Assembly: GCF_009914755.1 (NCBI RefSeq)
Contig: NC_060945.1
Direction: 5' to 3' (one strand)
Length of the DNA stretch: 64,000 bases
DNA from: the human T2T-CHM13v2.0 reference genome, Homo sapiens
Below, piece after piece: positions 54,223-64,000 of the stretch (the stretch's first letter is position 1; each line of letters begins with the position of its first letter). Position numbers and translations under genes: made by a program. The notes under the pieces were generated by a model. The model was given only the letters and a program-made list of their open reading frames with translations, searched no databases and was not told the origin of the DNA.

Positions 54223-55523
54223 CTACACTGTAAAAGAAAAATTTGTGTCTAGGTCAGAGAAAGAGAGAAAAGGAGAAAGAGAGGGAAAGGACAAAAATGA
54301 GCCTTTTTTAAAAAACCATCAATTCTTCTGATTTTAAAAAAGAATGCTATCCTATGATATATGAAAACTTCAGAAAAACTCAAAGAAACGTGAGAAAAAA
54401 GCAGAATATGGCTGGTTTGATGAGTGTTCCAAAAATGATGGCTGAGCTAAAACATCGTTTCAAATAACTGAAGATCAGAATTAGCATATATCCAACAAAG
54501 TTTACAAGAAAAGTGATAGAGATTGTTTTCATAATAGACTTTTGCTGATAATATCACTGTGTTTATCATTCATGAATCCCTGAGGAACAAAGGAACAGAA
54601 CCAATGTAGAAGAACTGCTGGTTGACTTTAAGTTCAGAGAAAAGAATACAGAAAAAATGGCAGAAAATGCTGGAAGGTTGTGTCAATGAACACATTATAA
54701 AGAATGAACTTTGAACTTTGTAATTAAGATTCAGTAAGCATACTGCCACACTTTAGTGACTTCCTTTCATTTATTACTGAGGACATATTGAAGACGAACA
54801 GCATGACATTAATTAATTTAAAGTGGAATGTTCTCATTTGTGTACAGATTTTTCTCTAGGAAAAAAATTGATTGAAGAGAAAATCGGTCATGTGCCCTTG
54901 GGGTACAAATAGGTGTGTTTGCAAGAAACCCACCCAGGCTCATACTGTTTGAGAAAAAAGAAAAATAACTGCAACCATTTTCAAATAAATTAAAATTTTA
55001 TGAAGATTTTAGTTCTTCATTGGTTAAAGAATGATGAATTAACAAATATTCAGGAGATTTACAATTTGTAAACATTCAAAGAATTCTTTTTTGTATGATT
55101 GAATAATTATGTAAAGAATACTATTTAAAAATACTTTAAGGAATTTTCATTGCTTTTAAGATAAAACCAAAAATGTTTAACATGGCCTCTAATGCCAAAC
55201 TTAGCTGGTATCTACCTTCTTTCTCTGCATCCTTTCTCTCACTCACTCTCTCTTTTTCTCACATTTCTCACTCCTACTTTCTGCCTGCTTTCTACTCTGT
55301 TCCTCAGTGTGACTAGCTGCTTGTCACTAAAGTTCATTCTGTCTTCCTAGATGATGTCCCTGTTTCCTAACCAAACTTGCTTTCACCTCATACATCTATT
55401 CTTCCTTGATATTGTAGATAAATCTTCACTTCTAAGAATCCTTTATTCGCCTCCTCACTTGGGTCAGAGGTTCTTTTAAGAGCCTTTCTTTGTTAGCACT
55501 CATCACAATTACAATATATTTTA

Positions 55524-55665
55524 AATTGTGTCATATCCATAAGTCATACCCTTAAGTTATACCCATCTCTCCCATGTCATAGCCATTTCAATTGTGTCAT
55601 ACCCATTTCAATTGTGTCATACCCATGAGTCATACTCTTAAGTCATACCCATCTCTTCCATGTCA
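55524..55665. repeat. Hierarchical tandem repeat built from GTCATACCCAT subunits
   Basis: 56-bp units at 55524-55579 and 55610-55665, bridged by 20-bp-period repeats. Confidence 0.85.
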
Positions 55666-55849
55666 GCTCCAAGAAGACTGGGACTTTGTCAGTGTTTTTA
55701 CTGAGCAATTTATTTTCAGTGCCTTATACTGTGCCCTACACAAACCTATGTACTTAATATTTTTTGCTAAATTAATAAAAATGAATCCAAATTAAACAGG
55801 TATACTAAGTGTCTGCCCCATTAATATTTCAGTAGTTGTTTATAGTTGT

Positions 55850-56239
55850 GTTGGTTAAAGGCTGTGTAAAAGGAATTCCTGCTGTCTGATTGCTTTGAAC
55901 TGGGACATTGGTCTTTTCCTGCCTTTGTACTTGAACTGAAATATTGGCTTATGAGCCTGCCAGCTTTCAGACTGGAACTTGCACCATTGGTTCTCCAGTT
56001 TCTCAGGCCCTTGGACTTGGCCTGGAACCATACCATCCATGTGCTTGAGTTTCCATCTTGCCAACTACAGATTTTGTGAGTTCTCAGCTTCTATAATTGC
56101 ATCAGCCAATTCCTTATACTCTCTCTCTCCGCACACACACATGCGCGCACACACACGTATGTAAATATATGTATGTATGCACCTCAGTTATATGTTTGTA
56201 TCTCCTATAGGTTCTGTTTCTCTGGATAACTCTAATACA
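55850..56239 (+). mobile_element. MLT2 (ERVL) LTR fragment
   Basis: gaactgggacattggtcttttcctgcc...ctcctataggttctgtttctctggataactctaataca; internal (CA)n/(TA)n tract. Confidence 0.78.
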
Positions 56240-58019
56240 ATAATTAGTTAAATTAAGTTAAAACAGAATAAACAAGAATATTGCTGTTAGCACAAATGGA
56301 ATCATGGCTTCAAATGATTTGTGTCAGTGGGACTAGTAATTATTCTATCTTTGTGTGTAGTTTAAACGAAGGAAGGCTATTTGTGAATCAGACTCCAATC
56401 ATGCTTCTGATAATGGTGGTTGCACTACCATCTGAAGGATAGCATTCATGGGTAGGCTCTGTGGAAAGGACTGGTGCTTGTACACACTAATAGTTATTTT
56501 GCCAGCACTTGCTCTTGAAACACAAATGGCACATACATACACAAATGTACTCACACACACAGAGATTCTCTTTTTGTAGCCAGTAATGCCTGCTTTTAAA
56601 TTCAAGCAACAATTAGCAGTCCTGCATTGGAATAGGCATTATAAGGTACTATATGCCTTCTGTGGATGTAAACCATCTTTTTCATCTTTGTATCTCTAAA
56701 CCCTAACAGACTGCTTGGACCATAACATGCACCAAAAAATATTGTATGATGAATGGATTTAATGCATAAATGAGTGCATAAAATACATGCTCGTCTGTGA
56801 TTAACGGAATGCACATAGTTCACGCAAGGAGTTTTGAGCATTGAGAATACTACATGTGTTTGAATACTTGAAACTTGTGCCATTAGTGATATTTCTTCCC
56901 TGAAAAGTACAGTATTATTTAATAAGAAGGGAAGGATTTTACCCAAAACATTACAATCCTGGAGATTGCAATCAAGTTGCTGATGAAGCCTCAGAAAAGA
57001 ACCAGACAGAGCATCATCATATTAAAATTTTGAAGAAGCTCCGGAGAAGAACATCAGTGTTTTAGCAAAGCAAGTGATCATTCATCATTCAGAGGCACTC
57101 ATTAAGTGCAGTATTGGAAACAAATTTGATAGAATATGAAAGACTATGGCACTTTTGGTTTCCTTGGCAGGAAAAGCTCAAATGAAGTTTTGGTAAATTG
57201 TTCGAGGGTATTAGGAAATGCATCTAAAAAAATGCTTTTAACAGGAATGCTGTGATGGCACATTTGAGAAGGAGGAAGCCCACAGCTGATAGTGATGCAT
57301 GGCTATTTAACATAAACAACCAAATCCAATTTAGCTGCTTCATCAGAAAATTTGAAAGGCAAGTATTTGTTAAGTTTCAATGACCTCCCAATATATAAAT
57401 CTATAGCAAATTCTACCAGAGAGATTATGGAGGATTTTGGTACTGGTTGCTGATCTAAGATTGAGTTAAATTTACTGGAATTTCTTTTTCATGGCCCCAA
57501 ATTATAATTTATGCTACTAAATTATGTTTTCTGTCAAATATAAGGCTATATATTTTACTATATGTTATTGAAAGCTAGGAAATTATGTACCTGATTTGCA
57601 ATCTTGTTCCATAAATAAGGAACATTTCTTTTCCTGTAAACTGAGATTCTCAGGCTGGAAATTGCTCAATTTTAATGGATACTCTAGCAATTTATTTTCT
57701 CCTAATTACATAGTTTTATATCTGGTTTTTAAACCTCAATATGGGAATGTCTCATGATTGTTTAATTCATATTTGAATATTTTATTTCAGTGATGCTGCA
57801 GGTTTGAATGACCGTCTCTAGGAATAAATGGCTAGTGAGAGATCCCACTCCGTTTTCTGCATGAATAAGAGATCTTATCACAACTTTGTGGAACAAACCT
57901 TGGGACAGGGATAGAGAAAATCATGTAGGGAGAAAAGGAAACAAATCACTGCCATTACCCAAACAGAAATATGCTGGCTTCCTGCTACCACATTTTCTGG
58001 AAAGTATAACTTAGGGGGG

Positions 58020-58434
58020 TGTTATGGCCTGAATTCTCTTCCCCTCCCTCCAAATTCATATATTGGAAATCCTAATCCTTAGTACCTCCGAATGTGACTT
58101 TATTTAGAGATAGGGTCTTTAAAGGGGCAATTAAATTGAAATGAGGCTTTTATGGTGGGACCTAATCCAATCTAACTGGTATCCTTATAAGAAGACGAAA
58201 TTTGGACACACAAATAGGTACCAGGAAAGAATGTGCACAGAGAAATGATTATGGGAAGTGACACAATAGGTTGGCCACCTACAAGCAAGGAGAGAGGCCT
58301 CAGAAGAAACCAGACCTGATGACACCTTGATCTTGACCCTCCTAAGCCTCCAGAACTATGAGAAAATAAACTTCTGTTATTTAAGTTACCCAGTCTGCGG
58401 TATTTTGTTCTGGCAGCTCTAGTGAACTAATACA
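58020..58434 (+). mobile_element. MLT1B-like solo LTR
   Basis: tgttatggcctgaatt...gtgaactaataca; TSD GGGGG/GGGAG. Confidence 0.85.
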
Positions 58435-58594
58435 GGGAGGTAGAAGAATCTTCATGGGTTATGTTTTATGCCAGATGGTGTGAGAGGCTCCTTGCAGGCA
58501 TTCGCCTCAGCACATTTTCACAACACTTTTAAGCAGTATAGAAAGATGTCTGAGCTAGTGGGAAAGAGCTTATCTTTGGGAGATGAGTATAAAC

Positions 58595-59062
58595 TTACAG
58601 GTTGAATTGTGTTCCTCCAAAAAGGTATGTTGAAATCCAAAAACCCAATGCCTCAGAATGTGATCTTATTTGACAATAGGATCATTGCAGATGTAGTCAA
58701 GTTAAGATGAAGTCATTAGTGTGAGTGTTCATCCAATATGACTGGTTTCCTCAAAAAACAAGTAGAAATTTGAATGTAGACATGTACAAAAGAATGTCAT
58801 GTGAAGATAAAGGGAGAAACCGGGGTGATGTTTCCACCAGCCCAGGGATGTCAGAGATTGGCAGCAAACCACTGAAGCTTGGAGAGAGACATGGAACAGA
58901 TTCTTCCTCGCAGCCCTTTGAAAGAACCAATCCTGAAACAGCCCTTTGAAAGAACACCTTGATTTTTGACTTCTAGTCGTTAGACTATGAAACAATCAGT
59001 TTCTTCTGTTTAAGCCACTCAGTTTGTGGTACTTAGTTACAGCAGTTCTAGGGAACCAATAC
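58595..59062 (+). mobile_element. MLT1C-like solo LTR
   Basis: caggttgaattgtgttcctccaaaaagg...gcagttctagggaaccaatac. Confidence 0.82.
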
Positions 59063-59569
59063 TTGCCTTAGTTCCTTTTTCCTTCATATTTGAGAAATAA
59101 GGATGCCTGAATCCTAACTGGCAATCATAGAGTGTTTATAAGGTTCTCTGAGCATTACTTACCATTGCTATTCCAAACAATTTTTCTCCTCTCTTTTGTT
59201 CTACTTGTGATATTATCACGCAACAGTCTAGCCAGAAAGGTCATTTGTGATGGATTCCCCAGCTTGTATTTCTCCATGCCCAAAGAGTTGCTGGGCAGAT
59301 TAAAAAATATATGTGCTCATTTCAGCATTTACTTAATTTTAATTGTTGCTCTGTTTTATTTTTCCTTCCTCCAAGTCTTCCATCTTTCTCTTTTCATCTA
59401 AATACTTTTTTTCTCTTATTGGTTTTTATTATTTTTCTCACTTATTTTTATAAATAAAATAAATGCACAACAATTTTTATTAATTTTGTTCTTCCTTCAA
59501 ACTATGGCCCCAAATAATTTACTTCTCTTCAAACATAAACTTCTATTCAAGAGCAAACTTCTTTATTCA

Positions 59570-59940
<371 letters not shown>

Positions 59941-60200
59941 TAATCCAACTGGGCCTCATTCTTGCACCCTATTCTCACCTGGAAAGTGCTCTCGTAGATG
60001 TTCCCAAGTTGAATCGACCTTTTGAAGTCCTCATCTTACTTGCATCTGTGCATTGTTGAAAATTTCCTTCTTACATATTCTGTCCGCTCTTGGTTATGTA
60101 TGAAGCAACATTTCATTTTGCTTAATTGGCTAGCTCTACTCAATATTATAAGGAAATTTCTTTTTTTTTTTTTTAACCCTAAACCCTGAGGTTTTCCAGG

Positions 60201-60450
60201 TGTCAATCAATAACTGAAGGATCTGAGGTTTTACTTTATTCGCAAGTTAATCTGCTACAGTTTCTTATGACTCCTGGGTAAGAGACAAAGAATCATTTTA
60301 CTCACAACAGTGGCAGCCAGAGAATTTAGCATTTGCATCATTTTCCAAGCTCCAGTTCCCAGAAGGTTACCTGAAGAGAGCCAGATGAGGCCAACACATT
60401 CAGTAAGTTGTGTTATTGAAGAGGAACCTTGAGGTTAGAGTAAGCAAATT
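60201..60450 (-). mobile_element. Old ERV LTR fragment (family uncertain)
   Basis: gatctgaggttttactttattcgcaagtt...ctcctgggtaagagacaaagaatcattttactcaca. Confidence 0.5.
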
Positions 60451-60874
60451 TTTTTATCTCAATTTTATTAGTAAAAACATGCAGAGAAAAATTTCTAGAA
60501 TAATTATAAGAAAATGTTAATATTAATTATCTTTCGGGGGAAACATAATGAAATTTCAGAATAATAATAAAAGGTTTCTAAGACCTACAGATGACAATTC
60601 CTTCTGAGCAATGTTGAATACAACACACTACCAGAAAGGAATTGGACAAACCACAGGAGTGTGCTGCCTAAAAGAGGACCTTTGCATTCAACTTGGTCAT
60701 TCCTTTACTCGAAAATCCCATTTCGTATTCTATCATTTTATTGCTGTTTTTGCCTATAAATACCACCAAATACACTAGTGGATATCAGCTTTTAAAAATA
60801 ATTTTCCAACAATGTCATTGGTAATTGTTATACTTTTATAGTCCATTGATTGAGAATATACATATATAAAGTCT

Positions 60875-60964
60875 GTATAGTGTCCAGGGATATAAGGGGA
60901 TTATATATATATATGTGGAATATATATATATATATATGGATTATTTGATCCCTGGACACTGTAC
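60875..60964. repeat. Small palindrome: 17-bp inverted arms around a (TA)n core
   Basis: gtatagtgtccagggat ... atccctggacactgtac (16/17 complementary). Confidence 0.85.
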
Positions 60965-61149
60965 CTGCTCTATGACCCATGCGTCCAAGAGTGGTTTGGG
61001 AACTGCTATTCTATATCTTTTAGTGTTTGATACATAAAGTTGACTTAGTACATTGTGCAATGACAAAGATGGTGGTAAAATTACTTTTTCCTAAAACAGT
61101 GACTACTAAAATTTACAACTACAAAATATGTTCTACGGCTTAGAACATA

Positions 61150-61290
61150 CTTTTTATTTTTAAATTTTTTGTAAAGACAGAGTCTTGCTGTGTTGCCCAG
61201 GCTGGTCTCAAACTCCTGGGCTCAAGTGATCGTCCCTCCTCAGCCTCCCAAAGTGCTGAGATTACAGACATGAGCCTCTGCACCAGCCCA
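61150..61290 (-). mobile_element. FLAM / AluJ left monomer
   Basis: gttgcccaggctggtctcaaactcctgggctcaagtgatc. Confidence 0.85.
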
Positions 61291-61292
61291 AA

Positions 61293-61470
61293 CTTTTCTT
61301 TTCCTCCCTCTCTCCCTCCCTCACTTCTTCCTCCCTTCCCTTCCTTTTCTTTCCCTCCTTTTCTTTCCCTTCCCTTCCCTTCCCTTCCCTTCCCTTCCCT
61401 TCCCTCCCCCCCCCCACCCATTTCCTTTGCTTTCCTGTTTGTTCTTTTTGTTCTTTTCTTTTCTTTCGTT
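61293..61470. repeat. Polypyrimidine tract including (TTCCC)n
   Basis: Read directly. Confidence 0.9.
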
Positions 61471-61497
61471 CTCTGGCTAGTCTGGAACTCCTGGGCT

Positions 61498-61625
61498 ACA
61501 AATTGGGTATACTGCTCAGGTGATGGGTGCACCAAAATCTCACACATCACCACTAAAGAACTTACTCATGTAACCAAACACCACCTGTTCCCCAGAAACC
61601 TATGGAAAAAAAACTTTTTTTAAAA
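61498..61625 (+). mobile_element. L1PB extreme 3' end
   Basis: gtgatgggtgcaccaaaatctcacacatcaccactaaagaacttactcatgtaaccaaacaccacctgttcccc. Confidence 0.88.
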
Positions 61626-62526
61626 AAGTTCTCCTTGTGTTAATTTTAAGTAGAAAAATAACATTAATGTATTGAGTCTACTTTGAGCTGCAACTTTGAA
61701 GACAAAAGAGCAAGTTCTAAAGCTAATTTCTTTTCTTCTGTATTCTCTAGATCCATGTTTCAAAAAGAGGGATTTCACAAAATTCACCAGCAGTCCTTAG
61801 GATTACATTGGTACTGAAGTATAGCTAGGGAAAAAAAAAAGTAAAATTGGAGATGAGATAAAACTGTACTAAGTTCGAGAGTAAGCAAATATTTCATAAT
61901 GGGCATTAAGCCTGCCTGCCTTTTGCTCAGCAGGAAGGCATTATTTTAATTACACTGGGCAATAAACAAATCTTCTTATCTTCTCTAATCTCCAAGCTTG
62001 TTCACTATAAAAACATCATTGAAAAGATCAGAATAAACGCTGTTAGTGCTTCTATAGATATGCAGAAACCAAGACACCCATGTAGAACTGACTCCCAATC
62101 AAAGAAGTGCGTTACATACCCCGTCCTCCACATGTCCTTCCTGGATGACCTCAACTCCCCATAACTTCAACTACTGCTTGTACCCTAGTGACTTCTAAAT
62201 CTGTCTCTCTCAACTCTAAGTAACTATGGAAACTTGGGTGCTATAACCAAAATAGTATTATAGTATCCTTTTTTTTTTTGTTTACTCCAATTATGTTCTC
62301 TTCCTGCATTACTCAGTTCAGTAAGTCTTGTCAATATTTATTTGTTATTCTAAACTAGTAAATCGCAGATATTATTTGAATATTTGTTTCTTATACTAAG
62401 TCATTAAAGCCCTGTTGATTTTCTTGAATATATATATTTTTTCAATTTTTACTCCTCTTGCCCATTTCTGTCTCAGTCCAGACCCTCAAAATCCTACTCT
62501 TCCTACTTTGGACTATAACTACAGCA

Positions 62527-62825
62527 TTTTTTTTTTTTTTTTTTTGAGAGGTAGTCTCACCCTGTCCCCCAGGCTGGAGTACAATGGTGCAGTGCAGCTC
62601 ACTGCAACCTCTGCTTTCCGGGTTCAAATGATTCTCCCGCCACAGCCTCCGGAGTAGCTAGGACTACAGGTGCATGCCACCACACCTGGCTAATTTTTGT
62701 ATTTTTAGTAGAGATGGGTTTTCACTATGGTGGCCAGGCTGGTCTCGAACCCCTGACCTCATGATCCGCCCACCTCAGCCTCCCAAAGTGCTAGGATTAC
62801 AGGCATGAGTCACCGCACCCGGCCA
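62527..62825 (-). mobile_element. AluS inserted in L2 (~62130-63050, +)
   Basis: Full dimer; TSD CTACAGC on both sides. Confidence 0.92.
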
Positions 62826-62876
62826 GCTACAGCTCTTTCAGTTGGTCTCCCTGTTTCTATGATCACCCCTTCAGTT

Positions 62877-62984
62877 CTACCCTCTACATGATTCCCTATG
62901 TGATTTTTCTAAGAGACAATTATTTCATTTCTACCCTCTACACAGCTCCCCACGTGATTTTTCTAAGAGACAATTATTTCATTT
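62877..62984. repeat. Two-copy 54-bp tandem duplication
   Basis: ctaccctctaca...gtgatttttctaagagacaattatttcattt twice. Confidence 0.92.
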
Positions 62985-63082
62985 CAGGCTCAGAAAACTT
63001 AATTCTCCTATCAATAGTACTTAGAATTTCCCCTGAACTCCAAGGTGCAGATGGATTCCTAGCCAAGTAGAAAGTGATTATA

Positions 63083-63150
63083 CATTTCTATTTCATTTCT
63101 ATTTCTATTACATTTCTATTTCTATTACATTTCTATTTCATTCTATTTCC
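63083..63150. repeat. (CATTTCTATTT)n-like simple repeat
   Basis: Read directly. Confidence 0.85.
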
Positions 63151-63437
63151 ATAAATCATACATGCCTATATTTTATGTAATATTTAATATTCGAATTAAG
63201 TTTTACACTTACCAATACATACTACAAATATCACAACCGTCTTCAAATATCAGGCTTACTTTTGTCTTAATCTTTCCACTCTGCTGGTCTGTGCATTGTA
63301 AAAATTTTGTTATGGGCTTTATAAATAAAGTTCTTTCAGTTCTTTTATAGAATAGTGTAGTAACCTATTTAAATAAATCTTTTTTAAATAGTTTGCATTA
63401 CAGAAGTATATGGCTGAGCTGCTAGCAGATCTTAACA

Positions 63438-63620
63438 TTCTTAATTCTAAAACTATTAATAGTAAATGTAAAAAATATATAATTCTGATTAAAAACAACG
63501 TTCTTAATTCTAAAACTATTAATAGTAAACATAAAAATATATAATTCTGATTAAAAACAACGTTAATTCTAAAACTATTAATAGTAATCATAAAAATATA
63601 TAATTCTGATTGAAAAACAA
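63438..63620. repeat. AT-rich minisatellite, 3 copies of ~60-63 bp
   Basis: ttaattctaaaactattaatagtaa...aaaatatataattctgattaaaaacaacg; units start at 63438, 63501, 63563. Confidence 0.93.
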
Positions 63621-64000
63621 TTTTAAACATCTCTCTTTAGTTGAAAGCTCTCCCTCCTTATGGCTTCAATGTGAATTCTGTCACAATGCACTTAGTGATG
63701 AGCATTAAAAAGCCCACTTATAATTTGTCATTAGAAATTATAGTGAGAAATATTTTTTAAGACACAATGCTAGTTACATGGATGAAGCCCTCTCCCATCC
63801 CTCCCCTTTGTTATAAAGGAGTTGACATTATCAAGTGCAAGGGCTTCAGATTTAAGACGGGAATTTAGGAGAAGACTCTAGTTAAAATAAGTATTTGAAG
63901 TTATATTGAATATAGGAATTTCAATAAAGAGAAATTTTGATGTTATTGCAATGAGAGTAAAATTAAACTGTAGGGTACAGTCCTAATTTTGTGTATGTGT

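Noticed and set aside
54405-54560. Apparent non-LTR retrotransposon motifs (WFDEC, FADNI resembling YADD)
   Set aside because: Spacing is wrong for an RT, and the region is explained by the DNTTIP2 Fcf2 domain (GWFGM, YKKNDRD)
61140-61623. GK/E-rich and P/S/F-rich ORFs
   Set aside because: Translations of the (TTCCC)n polypyrimidine tract plus Alu/L1 fragments
63438-63620. CRISPR-like array
   Set aside because: Head-to-tail repeats with no unique spacers, no cas genes, primate DNA

Overview
AT-rich primate (most likely human) genomic DNA, either intergenic or deep intronic, and heavily made up of transposable elements. These include Alu J/S/Y, L1PA/PB/M, L2, MIR, MaLR MST/MLT1/THE1, MLT2, an ERVL relic, hAT MER45 and mariner MADE1. 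I find no intact protein-coding gene, RNA gene or CpG island, and nearly all ORFs in the track are repeat-derived or chance. The most informative non-repeat feature is an old, heavily decayed, apparently full-length processed pseudogene of DNTTIP2 (51883-55128, +). It carries a target-site duplication (TSD), sits inside an L2 and is itself interrupted by an AluJ that contains an AluS. Other structure: a rearranged MST-inside-MST provirus, a half-MADE1 patch in an L1, a 130-bp ~95% identical local duplication, two 5'-inverted L1s, two TA-cored palindromes, several small tandem duplications and a few repeat-free, homeobox-motif-rich blocks that may be enhancers. I see no evidence for a genuinely new multi-gene system. 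Family and protein assignments come from recalled consensus sequences, not database searches, and boundaries of old repeats are approximate.
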